Source: Orbicella franksi (taxonomy: Eukaryota). Taken from it: DNA of 64,000 nt. The stretch covers positions 20,274,001-20,338,000 of the forward strand of contig OZ116708.1 in NCBI GenBank assembly GCA_964199315.1, read 5' to 3'. Positions within the stretch are counted from its first letter, which is position 1. Each line of letters opens with the position of its first letter. Under the pieces are notes generated by a model. That model was not told the DNA's origin. It did no database searches and saw only the letters and a program-made list of their open reading frames with translations. Below are positions 35,634 to 47,912 of the stretch, in pieces. Both the position numbers and the translations under genes were made by a program.

Positions 35634-36672
35634 GAGAGCTAGCTGCTATTGACTCGGTGATTGACCGCTTTCTCCGGTCACCACCGCACAATAAGACCTT
35701 TTTAATAATCGCCGACCCTGTTTTTACTAAAGCACATAATATAAAGTACTAGAGCATTTGTAAAAGACCTGAGGAAGACAGGCAAAATTGCCAGCGTAGT
35801 CTATAAGAAACCAATTTCCAGTAAGCAGATAAGAAACTGTTCGACATGGCCGAGCTCGGACCGGCCGAGGGCAAAAATCCGGTCTCTTGTTTGGCTCTTG
35901 CGAAAAACCCCTTAACGAGTTGAGTTGTTTGAGTTATAGAAGTCAGCTGTACTACCTTACTTTACTTATTGTCACCTAGTGTGGCACTTTTGCAGAGCTA
36001 GCGATGCACGAAAACTTGAACGACTACAGGAAAGGGGCTTGAGGGCCGTTTACAAGGACAAGCATGCTAGCTACACTCAGCTACTGGAGAGAGCCAAGTT
36101 GCCAACTCTAGCGAACAGGCGTTTACAAGACATCTGTATTCTCATGTATAAAGTTAAACATAGACTATGTCCTAATAGCATCTGTAACATTTTTAACGAG
36201 CATACTTCCGCATACAACCTGAGACAATCAGATTTTTCTACTCCTAGATACAACACTGTTACTTATGGGAAGCACTCTCTGCCTTATGTAGGACCCAAAT
36301 TCAGGGGGAAACTGTCTATGACTGACACATCAGCCAAGACACTGCCGGCTTTTACAAACTATATTCGCAAAGGGGATATAACTCGCTTAATGGACACCAG
36401 CTGTAAGGACTGCATCCTATGCTGCACATAATGCCCTTCAAGTCATTCATTTTTTTGATGTATTAATATTAGTATTAGTATAGTTTTTTAGCAGTGTCCC
36501 TAATTAGTATGGTGTATTATTTCCAGGGTATAAGGTTTTTGACACTTTAATAAAGTTCTCACTCACTGAGTGACTGACTGACTGACTGACTGACTCACCG
36601 AAGTCAACTCGGTTCGTTACCAGCCACGAAAAACCATCAGGGTGGCCTCAGAGGTTCTGAATTTGAATCCAA
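35634..36672 (+). pseudogene. Crypton recombinase relic, unit C copy, split by one LINE
   Basis: Near-identical to the unit B pieces. Confidence 0.75.
35949..36599 (+). mobile_element. 5'-truncated LINE (CR1/L2 group) with (TGAC)n tail
   Basis: 150-aa RT C-terminal ORF at 35979-36431, then AATAAA. TSD GAAGTCAGCT (35939-35948) / GAAGTCAACT (36600-36609). Confidence 0.88.
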
Positions 36673-37326
36673 GTATACAAGCGTACAGAATTTAGCATTT
36701 TCCCATTTGCGCTTGTTGGATATGAGATTTTTATAGCCAACTCGGTTCTACGGGCCTCCTGGGTTATTTACCATCTGATATCCAACGTGTACTATAGGAG
36801 TGATTGTCAATTATCTTTGATAAAGGGGAAAATAAAGTCCAAGCGGTCTGCAACTGAGCGGAACAAATGAGTGTTTTTATGTCCCCCACCCCCCCCCCCC
36901 TCCAAATAATATCTATCATATTAGATTAACAAAGTTCAAAAACTTTCACGCGTTTACAATTTATGTAATTTTAACACATTTACAGAATACATTCAGGTTT
37001 GCGCTTACAATGAATATTCTTTCAAAATTTTGACTTGCATGCATCGATTTCTGTTCTATTTTCTCTTTTTTTTTTTTTTTTCATCTCTCTTAATCCTACG
37101 ACGTGTTCCATACAACAGGTACCATGATAAATGTATTGCTTTATTTTTTTCGCCATGGATCGGACATGATCTTATGGACTGAAACCATCGATTCCAAAAA
37201 TTTTAGGAGAACAGGCTACATAGCAAACGTCTTTACAGAAATGTTCATATATTTGTAGCGGCTCAGTGTTCACACTGTAATATCATGTTCATCGTCAAAT
37301 GTCTCATTCCCTTATCGCACATCTTC

Positions 37327-38361
37327 TCAGCTCACCCTAATATTTTGCTCTTGTTCCTCATTAGCTATGACTCCAATCTGTCTCGGTCCAAAGATTTTCC
37401 TTTCAAGTTCCTCAGCTTGTGCAGCGGTTTTTCTCGAGAGCAACTCAATAAAGGCTACGCGAAAATATCTTATTCTAACGGAGTAAATCAACGGATTAAA
37501 TAACGAATTCAGTACCGGTATCAAAGGAAGAAGATAAATAGCAGTTTGTCCTCCATTTGCAGGGTTCTTGTTGGTAGTGGAAGCCAAAACGGCGAAGAAG
37601 ATATTTATTGGAATAAAGCAAAGAAAAGAAGCCAGTAGAACAACAGTTGTCGTGTAGAAAGCTTTCTTGCTTTTCAGTAACTCCTTCGCTTCTAAAGAAA
37701 TTTGGTTAGCAACAATTTGTTTCTCGTTGCGGCGGACCTCCTTGTATACAACACAATTAAAATAAATCATTGCGGGAAAATAGAGAAAAACTGGCCCGAC
37801 TATAAACACTACAAAGTTACTTGAAAAATCTGTGTTAGTTTTGAAGACGTCTTGCATGGGAAGCAATAGGGCTATAACCCACGCCAGACCAGAAGCTATG
37901 ATGATACGAAGTTCAGTTACCTGGTTCTCATACGTGAAGGGGTGTCTAACCGCGACATAACGTTCTGCACTCAACAAAATTAAATGACAAACTGATGCCG
38001 TCAGAAATTTGCCAGTGAGAGTCATTGATACTTTGTCTAGGTTGCAGAATATGTTTCCTTGACCACTGAGAAGATAACTTCCGTGTATGATATGAAAAGG
38101 CTGAACAAGTAGTCCCACCACGAGGTCAGTTGTGGCTAAACAGGCGAGTGCTATGTTAGATTTGGTGCGAAGCTGTCGTTTGGTTTTCACTGCAACCATC
38201 ACCAGGATGTTGAGCAAAATTATGAAAGGACAGGTGAGAGCGTTCACGACCATTCTGGCGATGAATACAGCGCGAACATCAGAAGAAATATTTTCGGCAT
38301 TTATAGGAAGAAATGCGAGACCACAATTAATTATTGTGCGGTTGATAGTGGCGAAATTCAT
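37327..38361 (-). CDS. Class A GPCR family 1, copy C, 344 aa
   Basis: Intact 7TM ORF. One-codon deletion in ICL3 (EAKEL versus EAKKEL). Confidence 0.92.
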   Translation of the reverse strand: MNFATINRTIINCGLAFLPINAENISSDVRAVFIARMVVNALTCPFIILLNILVMVAVKTKRQLRTKSNIALACLATTDLVVGLLVQPFHIIHGSYLLSGQGNIFCNLDKVSMTLTGKFLTASVCHLILLSAERYVAVRHPFTYENQVTELRIIIASGLAWVIALLLPMQDVFKTNTDFSSNFVVFIVGPVFLYFPAMIYFNCVVYKEVRRNEKQIVANQISLEAKELLKSKKAFYTTTVVLLASFLCFIPINIFFAVLASTTNKNPANGGQTAIYLLPLIPVLNSLFNPLIYSVRIRYFRVAFIELLSRKTAAQAEELERKIFGPRQIGVIANEEQEQNIRVS

Positions 38362-40043
38362 CTTCCTCCGACTGACTGAGTGTGTAATAGTTTTCTTGCT
38401 CCGTGTTTTCAGATCACTTCTTATTTTAAGTGCACCTCTTAAATGAATTCAGTCCTTAATTTCCTTTACAATCTGATTACAGCAGGTGATGTTGATTCGG
38501 GATAATACTAAATTACGTACTTTAATACCAAATTACTTTATTACAATTCAACTCAACTTGCTATTACATTAGCATAATATTCTAGCCGGATTTTAAGATT
38601 TCAGTAAGATCTTAAGATTTTAAGGTATTCAGTAAAGATAGCTTTGAATTCCAAAGGCAATGGTAAATAATGTTTTCAAAATCACCAGATATCATTATAA
38701 GAGGACTTAAGACCGGTAAGTGAACTACTGACGGGAATCCAGTAATTTACCGTCATTAACTATTCTATTTTCGCTTCAGTTTTTTTTTTCGTTGCAAAAA
38801 TGGCAAACAATAAGTTTGTGTTGCGTGGTGCTGATAATGTTTTCAGTTATTAATTTTGCTAACGTTCACGAGACTTGTTTCAAGTGCTGTTTCTTCCCAA
38901 CCAACTTAGCTCTTTCGAAAAAAAAAATCTATTTCTATATATGTACTGATATATATATATATTTTTAACTTTGTTTTGGCGTTAGCCATTTCTTACCTTT
39001 TGTTCTGGTGCTGAGTACCGCAGTGTCGGTACTCTGTTGCAACTGTACCGGATCTCTTGTTTTATTTATTTTGATGGCCTGTTTCCCTTTGAGTTTAGTA
39101 AATATCCATCTCTCTTAATGTCTCTCTTGGGGCCGTGCGATGAAATAGCAACTTAAAAAAGAAAGACAAAAAACTAAACGAATCGTAATAACCAATACTA
39201 AAATTAATAAATACCTTTTCGTAATCGAGCAAACCTTTTTGTGGCACAATAGAACTCACCGTGTTAGAACCCTTTGTGTTTCGTTGGAAAGCAGGGTTTC
39301 CTTGACGAAGCTGCTGAACAGAATGTTTTTAATTCCTTATAGGATTTTATACAGCTTATTAATTTAGGAATGTCCAAACAGAATTAAATAAGAACAGAAA
39401 CCTCTTGGATCGGCCATCTGCTACTCCATAAATTGATTTAAAGGTATGCATAAGAATCTTACTCTAAATTTGATAAGCAATGGGTAGCCAGTGAAGTTCC
39501 TAGAGAGCTGGCATTATGTATGAGTACTTGGACATGTTCATATTAAGTCTAACAACTGCATTTTGGACACGCTGTAGCTAAGAAATTTGCACAAGTCCAT
39601 ACATTAAACTAACAATAACTGAGTCGAGAAGTAATAAAGGCATGGACAATTGTACACAGACTATTCTCAGATAGAAATTTCTTAAAGCGCACATGAAAAG
39701 ATTTTACTTCCATTTTTGCTCCTTTTCCCTGAAAATAGGTTTATTAGGAATTATTTTAACGGGAAATAGCCATACGATCCCCTATTTCAAGATAAAACTG
39801 TAGTCAAGGAGCTGGGCACTTATCAAAGATCGTGACGTCATTCACGTGTACGCTTCTGGAACATGGCTGTAAGCGGCGAAGACTTTACCTCGAGTACTTT
39901 CAAAGACGATCTGGACTCGGTACAGAGTATTGTGGAAGATTTAGGAACAGAAATGGGCAAGATAGCTCCTTATGAACGTGAGACTTTGGCGAGTTCCGAT
40001 GACGATGGCGGAGGCCCCGAGGTGGACGAAGTCGACGAAGATG

Positions 40044-40110
40044 TAGCCTGCGAACAGTTTCCCAGCTAGGACGGAAAAAAAAAAAATTCGGCAAGCGTGA
40101 AATACGAAGA
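40044..40110. mobile_element. Truncated member of the 1460-1591 MITE family, opposite orientation
   Basis: tagcctgcgaacagtttcccagctaggacggaaaaaa...ttcggcaagcgtgaaa matches the reverse complement of the right end of 1460-1591. Absent at the equivalent unit A site (about 6885). Confidence 0.7.
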
Positions 40111-40448
40111 TAATCTTAGTGCTGCTACGTTATAGTAACGATTTGATTAAAACATGCCTGTCAGTTCTTGGAATATGATAAGGGTTTTCTTTTTTCATCA
40201 GTAGGCTTAATAAGACGATCTACAGTCAGCTGTGTGCGAAAGTTCAGAAATAAAACGATCTAAAATCATGCCACAAGTTATATATTTGAGCTATTGTAAT
40301 CTCCATTTATTACTCAAAAGATGGGACTCCAGAGAGTGAGTGAGTAAATATTCAAGCTTTATATGCTCGTGAATTTGCTTAGAAACCATTCCATAATATA
40401 GGTCAGTTCCTTTTTTTAAGACTGTCATCATTTGCCCGCAAAAATTAA

Positions 40449-40449
40449 A

Positions 40450-40484
<35 letters not shown>
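40449..40484 (+). repeat. (AAT)n microsatellite
   Basis: About 12 AAT units visible. Confidence 0.9.
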
Positions 40485-40486
<2 letters not shown>

Positions 40487-40708
40487 CAACAACAGAAAAA
40501 AAAAAAAAAAAAAAACAGACAATGTTACCAGAGGGGAAATAGCACTTAATATTACCAATAAATGAACTCGAACTGTTTTCTATCTTATTATGTATGTTTT
40601 AAATTTTATTGCAGATTACTCAGAGCTAAAGTCAGAGCGGAAAAATGTGACAATGCAAAAGGAACATTTACTCTCATAGAGAAATCACTATAATACCACG
40701 CAGAGACG

Positions 40709-40810
40709 ATGAATGCTTCTGAAGATTTAAACCACACGACAAATCCAGAGTTTTATTGCACCACAAGTCTTAACAAACATTTCTCTTGTTATTGCTGTTT
40801 CGCCATAGTA
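40709..40810 (+). pseudogene. N-terminal stub of a family 2 GPCR
   Basis: MNASEDLNHTTNPEFYCTTSL resembles MNNFTKGLNYTTNQKFYCST (63992) and MQNLTEIKNQTTTEEFYC (10169). Degenerates immediately after. Confidence 0.5.
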
Positions 40811-41140
40811 TTAATCGGGTGGAAACTAAACTAGCACTGAACTGCAAACATCGTACGACTTTATTTGCTTACACGAATACGAGTTTGACTGTGAAAAAAT
40901 GACAAGCAAATAGCAAATGAATACAACAATAATAAGTGGAGGAAACCAGGCAAAAAGAAAGAAAACCATAACAAACGCGACTTACAGAAATTTCACCAGA
41001 ATGATAAAGTAGGAATTGAACAGATCCTGGATATGTACGCGATGCAGAGTTTCAGTCTCGAACGGATTTGCAAGGTATTTTAAAATAACGAAACCGTAGC
41101 TCAAATTCCTATAGGTACACGCGCGAAAAATGTAAATTAT

Positions 41141-43921
41141 GTGTCCCGTAGGTATATCATGATTTGCATAGGGAACGAAAACAATATAAAGCAACACAAG
41201 AATGTTACATATCTAAAGATCATTATTTTAGTATTGAAAGTTACTCTATCCGTAACTGCAATTCTGGGAAACTTTTTGATGATCCGTGCTCTTCAGAAGG
41301 AGTCGTCCCTTCATCCGCCATCAAAACTTCTCTTTTCTTGTCTTGTTTCTACGTTGGTATCCTTTTCAGCCGTGGATATTAACTATTGTCATGGAGCAAA
41401 ATGTGCAAATGTATCACTCACTCTCTTGGCCGATAACATGGAGAGCCTGGGTACGAGTTTCTCGAAGACCTCCAAAATTGAGAGGGGCCATTTTGGTTCT
41501 TGTGTTTCGCTTGTGTAAATATGTAGTATTTTGCCTAGGGCTTTTGCTCACACGTAGATGAAAGCTGAGAGAGGTATTTATGACTGTGGTCATGTATCGG
41601 TGACAACAGCGCGGCCGGAGAGGTCAAAGAATTGTTACAAGTGAAAGGCAGGAAGTGAGATTTTGTTTACTAGACGTGACTCATAGCTTTTTTTTTTGCA
41701 CGGCTAGAGAATTTGATACTTTTCCACTCGCTTTCTCTCCTTCTAGAGTCCAAGGTAAGCCTAAGGTAGCCTGTTAATTTCTGTATTGTATATTTTTATG
41801 TACACATTGAAATTCTGGCGGTGCCAAACCCGTGATTTGATTATTTTGTATTTTCAAATAAGCCTACTTCAACCAAAAAATTCAAATTGCTTAATCTTTT
41901 AATTTTGTTGTTCTTCAAACTATATTTCTGCTGTATTCTATGCAGTTCAGTTTTGCGAGAGAGATTTACTGTCCAGTCATGTCAAACACAAGCCATGTCA
42001 AACAAGCATAGTGGCTCGTGATGTACTTACAATCTTATTTTTGTTGAAGAAACGACATATGTAAACAACTAGAATCAAAACTTGAAGTAGATATGAATTG
42101 AACCTGTCAACAATGGCTTTGAATATTTCTGCATTGCTCGTGAAATGAACACAAACAATTGCCAAGATAGGAATAAATTAATGTGATTTCCGTTTCGATG
42201 AAAGAAAACTATTGTTATTTTTATTGTGTACAATAGAATCTGCAATACCCTTTTTTATTTTGAATTGCATGAAGCTGAGGGGACTCCCTATAGTAGCTTA
42301 TAGTTGACTCAAGGTGCACGTTTTATCAGGTGGGGGTTCATTGCTAATTTATCCACGAAAGGAGAAGTAATGGGTCTACTGTAGATATGTGAAAAGGGTT
42401 TCAAGCTTGAAGCTACATGTACATGTACAAAAACTTTTTTGGTAGAAGATGTAGCAGAGGATTTCATGGCAGAGTATCATTTCAACCAAACTTTTTCAAG
42501 TAGATCTTTCTGAGAGGGATGCTAAAACTGTTTGAAATGATTCTTAATTAAATATCTGAGGAAACATTTTTCTCTCTATTCCTATTTACCAGCTAGCTAA
42601 AATCATATTGTTCATGTTTGGGATATCTTTTATTTATTTATTCAACTTTGCTTGACTAATTAAAATACTTATATACATAAAATTTTTATTATTAGGCAGG
42701 GTGACCATTACAGCCTAGCCAATTACAGTGGATCGAACGCGTCCCACTAAAGTAAAATTGTGCAAAATATTCTGGGCATTCTCAAGCTGATTATCTTAAA
42801 TTTATGAATGTCTAAACCATGTGACATACTTTCTGCATGATTGCAATACAACCTTTTATTAATACAACACTCAAATGTCAACTGAAGATGCACCACAACC
42901 AAATTACCTGGACCCAATTGCAAACTGCACTGGTGACTCACTAATATTATACATACGATAACCAACAACTCTGACTGGGTGTTAATTTGAGACAGATGAT
43001 TATGGTGAACCCTCATTTAATGGCTTCCTTGTGCAACAGACTGTAGAAGCCAATTGACACCACATGTTCAAGTTAATATAATAATAATTATTTTCCAATG
43101 CCAATCAAAATTAATTAATATATTCCATTTTAAAATTTTTAAGCAGCTGTATAAACAGCCTGTAATTTGATTTTTATTGACTCGCCTAGTCACAGTACAC
43201 ATGTACTACTTGAGCATCAAAAAGGCTTTCAAAAAGTCATTTAGAAAATTACCAACTATAAAATAATTATAGATGAAGTTAATATATGCAGGCAATGTAT
43301 CCACGACTTCTTCATAGTTTCCTTTGATTAATACTATGGGTGTAATTTTTTGTGGAGTTTTGTTGCAGACTCCTACTGCTATAAGTTTTGACAGACTTCT
43401 CGCCTTGTTGTTGGAGCTAAGATAAAGAGTATGGGTCTTTATTGTTGTCTTTTGGGTATTGTCCACGGGGCATTGCAGTTGTATCCTTATATAGGCTTCG
43501 TATCGCTGCACGCACTGGCTGCATCCTGCTGATATTTTGCGCAATAACCTCAATCATCTGTCACACGAAAATCTATCTTATACTTCGCCATCGCCAAGCT
43601 ACAGCCCACGACCACGTGCGCCAAAGGGAGCCAAATGGACGAGGAGTTTCGCTAAGTATATCGCGATACAGAAAGACTGTGTCCAGTGCACGCCGGGTTC
43701 CGATAACATTAGTGGCTTGTTATTTTCCATCTGGGATACTAGTACCTTTATTTTCAATCACTGGAACACTCATGTAATTGCTTCATATCACTTGGTCAAT
43801 ATCATTGACGCTACGTTTTCTTAACTCGACCTTGAATCCATTTTTCTATTGCTAGAACATGAGGGAAATGAAACAAGCAGTGCTGGACACGATCAGACAG
43901 TTGTGCTGTTTCTGGAATTAA
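41141..43921 (+). pseudogene. Family 2-related GPCR pseudogene on the opposite strand, split by an insertion of about 1.9 kb (pieces about 41141-41390 and 43270-43921)
   Basis: 5' piece LSVTAILGNFLMIRALQKESSLHPPSKLLFSCL. 3' piece TMGVIFCGV...AISFDRLLALLLELR*...SRYRKTVSSA...NSTLNPFFYC*...KQAVLDTIRQLCCFWN*. Several stops and frameshifts. Confidence 0.8.
42680..43020 (-). mobile_element. Probable LINE 3' end within the insertion
   Basis: Minus strand ends ggctaggctgtaatggtcaccctgcctaataataaaaatttt, like a non-LTR retrotransposon 3' tail. Confidence 0.35.
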
Positions 43922-43957
43922 CAGCCTGTTTCTTAAGCAATACTACAATGTTAACTA

Positions 43958-44197
43958 CTTATTAACCGAGTGAAGTCTTAACGGGAAAATCTCAGACCCT
44001 CAATACGGCAAGGCCGAGGTTTGAGATTTTTTCGTAAAGACCGAACGTTCCGAGGTTAATAAGTAGTTTATTATATGGCTCTTTACTTAGTTTTCGCAGG
44101 CCCGTAATCGGCCCGTGGGCATTACGCGAGAATAATGCCCTAGTATCAACCAATCAGAGAGCGCATTATATCGGCTACAAACGCAAGTCATATAATA
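43958..44197. mobile_element. Short non-autonomous element resembling Crypton-associated repeats
   Basis: ttattaaccgagtg...ggccgaggtttgagattt...aaccaatcagagagcgc...catataataa resembles a common coral dispersed repeat. No TIR or TSD. Confidence 0.35.
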
Positions 44198-45362
44198 ATA
44201 ATCCATAACGAGCCAACACAGAAAATACGGTCTGGATGGGGTTTTACGGATAGCTTAGTCCGGGTTAAAATTGTAATTGTCAAAACAAATAGGAATGATG
44301 CGATTTTTGGCAAAATGCACTGATAGCTGAGAAATGGAATGAAATTTTATCTGGTGGTGCAAAATTTAACCGATAAGTGAGATCCCATCATCATCATTTA
44401 GACTTTCAGAAAACTGATTAACAATGCAGTTAAATATTTTATCCGGTCTGTTAGAACACAATAAGTAAGTATAAGTGAGGCGTAAATGATGCGCAAAGCC
44501 TTCGAAATTGTTTACTTATTAGTCACGTGTTACATCAAAATTACATCAACCAAACGATGTTTTCTTTGTTTTTCAAATAAATGTCAAAACAGCGCCACAA
44601 TTGATTTGAAAATCAGGAAATTTTTGGCATGGAAGAATTGTTATAAACTTGGCATAATGCCCAAATCTGAACTAAAGCAGAAATTTAAGCTTACAACGAG
44701 ACATCAAATAAAATACCCATCAAATAAAAAAGAAATAAAAAAATTGACGTACTAAAATGCCTCTGATAGCATTCAGTAGGAGTTACCAAGTTTCAACAAT
44801 ATAGCTTTGGTGCCAATTTAATCAGAAAAGTTTAAAAATCAGCGCTAACACTATGTGATCTCGGTCTCCCAGGCTGAATGGGCTTAACATAGTTTTAATC
44901 TTGCGAGGCCAAATTTTGCCCGATGATATATGTTTGAAACTCGAATGCATGGTACACATGTGCGAGATCTCTAAACTCTGAAGGGTGAGGAGTGTATAAA
45001 ACAGCTTTTATTCGAGAGTTGAACGAGGTGAAAGGGGAAAGAAGGATGGGAAGAGAGTATGGAGGTATTCTAGCTGGGAGCAATTATGTTTTAACAATTA
45101 GGAACACAGAATAATAACGGTTGAGATAATAATACAATGAAATAGTTGAATCAACGGCTTGCTTTAATACTGATGTTATTAACTGGAACACCGAAAAATA
45201 TATTTACACAGGTAAGATCAAACTGCTTCCAAACACAGCAGTGAAAAGTTAAATACCTATTCATGAATTTGGCAATTTGGCCCGAACTAGTTTTTTCATT
45301 GTCGCTGATTAACAATATTTCCAATAAATAAATAGGTAAATAAATACATCGATAAATGTAAA

Positions 45363-45514
45363 TAGAGCGGTTTTCATTTGAGTGTCGAAAGTAATTAGAA
45401 TATTACTTTGGTTTTGGTTTTGGTTTTACTACGGTTTGAGATTGGCTGAGTAGCCTAATTGGTAAGTAATTGGTTTGGTTTTGGTTTTACAACACTCAAT
45501 TGAAAACCGCTCTA
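45363..45514. mobile_element. 152-bp MITE with TAGAGCGGTTTTCA TIRs and internal GGTTTT repeats
   Basis: TAGAGCGGTTTTCATTTGAGTGT / ACACTCAATTGAAAACCGCTCTA, a 23-bp inverted match with 1 mismatch. Confidence 0.85.
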
Positions 45515-46228
45515 AACAACTAAATGCTCTTTGTGTTTGTGATGGTGAGAATTTCCTACATTCTGCACTTATAATCCCATCAGACTTTTCGGATAATGTC
45601 TTCTTTTTTTTTTCGCCCTACCCACTGATGTATCTCCAAAAGAAGTAAATTAACATAGCAATCAAACTTGCATGGCATCTAAAGCATTCAGTCTTGTCTA
45701 CGTTAGTGATAACCAAGTGTCAATAATTGCGTCATACTTTATGCTTTATATTTTTACGAGGTCATAATTCAGTCGAATTATCATATCCCTTTTTGGATTT
45801 CAAAAATTATTCAAATGGGTCAGAACGGCTCCAATGTTTTAAAAATTAAAGAATTTGAACTAAAATCTTTATAAACTCCAAAATGAGTTAAGAACAGATA
45901 TCTACCCTCAAGAAAATCGCCGAAGTTCAGTAAAACACTCTCTGAGAACTTGGTTGCCAAAGAAACGGTACGTCACATGACCAAACGTTTGACCTACAAA
46001 ACTGTTCCCTGATAGAGTTAGGAACAGTGACAAAATTCAACCATTATGTATTGAATGCTCTTTAAGTTAAATAGTTTTAAATAAGCGCTGACACTCTGTC
46101 CTTTCTCTTCCGCCAAAGGCCAAAGAGGGTTAATCCTTGTGTGTACCTGTTTACGCAATTTTGAAAAGTTTCAATCTTTAATAGATAACCTATTTCTGTC
46201 GCCTACAGGCTGATGGTATAATATTGTG

Positions 46229-46364
46229 AGATAATTTAGTTTTATCAACTGGGTTGATAATCATGTGTGAATTGGCCAACGTAAAGAGATTCGAGAAGCT
46301 CTTTACGGTGGCCAATTCACATTTATCAACTCAGTTGATAAAACCAAATTATCTTGTTATACTC

Positions 46365-46408
<44 letters not shown>
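46229..46408 (-). mobile_element. Penelope-like element terminal fragment with inverted duplication (126-nt palindrome)
   Basis: 46229-46354 folds with arms of about 55-60 bp. The adjoining ccccaccgacgcagcaccacagtttctttagaaacttacccc resembles anthozoan PLE ends. Absent from units A and B. Confidence 0.6.
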
Positions 46409-46985
46409 ACCTTTTCGACGTTTTACTACATCAGTAGGTTTCTTGTAATTTAAACATACTTCTGGTCCAGAATATGATTCTGACAGCTTCCAATATTACA
46501 TAATTATCATAAACATCAATTTTCTCGTAAGTAACAAAAACCTATAAACCACACCTCACTTGTCCTTAAAACCCCCCACTATTTGTCAGCCGATTTTCAC
46601 CAAATTTTCAGCATATAATTCTCAAAGATAAGCAAACAGCTACTCAAATTGACAAGTGCCTAGAGAAAATCCTCTTGACAAAGTTTTAAACAATCCGCGG
46701 GTGGAAGGGGGGCGGCATCCACTGACACAACTTTCTAACATTGATTACAATTCATTAATATCTTGCGTTACTTACTTACAAATAACATCTTATCATGCCT
46801 GAAGTTAACTAACTTTACTTTTCTATGTTATCTTGTCTAAAGTTTCACACAAATTGCTAACTGATATCGATAGCTGTATTTGGAGCAATTTTGATATCAG
46901 TCCAAAAGAAAAATGGTGTTTTCTTGACAGATAAATGACTCGATCTTGATAGCAATGAGCCATACCGTCTAGGGTTTCGAGACAG

Positions 46986-47912
46986 CTAACCCGGAAAACA
47001 CTTCAAGTTCTTGATGGAGTCCTTAACTGCTCCCCTCACGTCTTTTATTTTCCAACAGTACAGGAATGGATTCAGCGTGGAGTTCAACAAAAGAAAGGTA
47101 ATCGTTACAGCATGGGCTCGGTGAAGATTTGTTGAGTGTGACCCAAGCACGCCACGCAAGCCTGTTACAACAGCAAATGGTAGATAACAAACAACTAAAG
47201 TCATTTGTACCCACAAAGCACTGGACACGGTCTTTCTGTATCGTGCTATATTCAGTGGAATTCGTGCTCCATTTGGTTTTCCTTGGGACGTATCAGACTT
47301 TACTTGAGCTTTGTGACGGTGAAGGGTAAGATAAATCTTTATGTAGCAAAATATGGAGGTTACTAGACATAATAGCATTATTATGGAAGCAATCGTTTCA
47401 GCTATGCGACGCTTGTAGAGCATTGCTATTGAAAAGCCAGTGCTAAGAAGCCAAAAAAAGATCACAAGGACCCATACTCGCCTCAAAGTTACCACTTGCC
47501 TGTATCTTAGCCTCAATATCAGGGCGAGAAGTCTGTCTACACTTATTGCCGATATTGTTAACAAAGATACCCCGGAGAAAATGAAGCCTATTGTATTTGA
47601 AAGTATGGTAGAATAGTAGCAAAGTTTGGAATGTTCTGGAGCGAAAATAAAGGTTACAAAAAGAGGATGTGAAATTAGGCCCACGCAGAAATCTGTGCTT
47701 GCGAGGCAACCAAAGAGAAGTTTTGATGGCGGATGAAGGGAAGAGACTTTTTGAAGCGCAACAAAAATCAGAACATTCCCCATTAAAGCAAGGATGGAAA
47801 GGAGAATATTCAATGCTGAAATAATTGTTCGATGTGTTTCCTTTAGGCTCTCCAAACAACGGAACTCTTGAATTGTCGTGCAATTTCCAATTTCAGTGAA
47901 ATTCGGCATCAT
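46986..47912 (-). CDS. Class A GPCR family 2, copy C, 308 aa, more diverged
   Basis: Intact ORF with the same motifs. Confidence 0.92.
   Translation of the reverse strand: MMPNFTEIGNCTTIQEFRCLESLKETHRTIISALNILLSILALMGNVLIFVALQKVSSLHPPSKLLFGCLASTDFCVGLISHPLFVTFIFAPEHSKLCYYSTILSNTIGFIFSGVSLLTISAISVDRLLALILRLRYRQVVTLRRVWVLVIFFWLLSTGFSIAMLYKRRIAETIASIIMLLCLVTSIFCYIKIYLTLHRHKAQVKSDTSQGKPNGARIPLNIARYRKTVSSALWVQMTLVVCYLPFAVVTGLRGVLGSHSTNLHRAHAVTITFLLLNSTLNPFLYCWKIKDVRGAVKDSIKNLKCFPG

Larger units (their letters stand above)
23460..37650. repeat. Segmental duplication copy X' (about 14.2 kb)
   Basis: Colinear with 4405-23460. Shares gene, MITE, satellite and gap positions. Confidence 0.9.
39686..40638. 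mobile_element. Left part of the same Kolobok relic as 6513-9790, unit C copy
   Basis: TTAA|AGCGCACATG, then MAVSGEDFTSSTFKDDLD acidic relic. Homology to unit A stops at cagagctaaag (about 40633). Confidence 0.6.
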
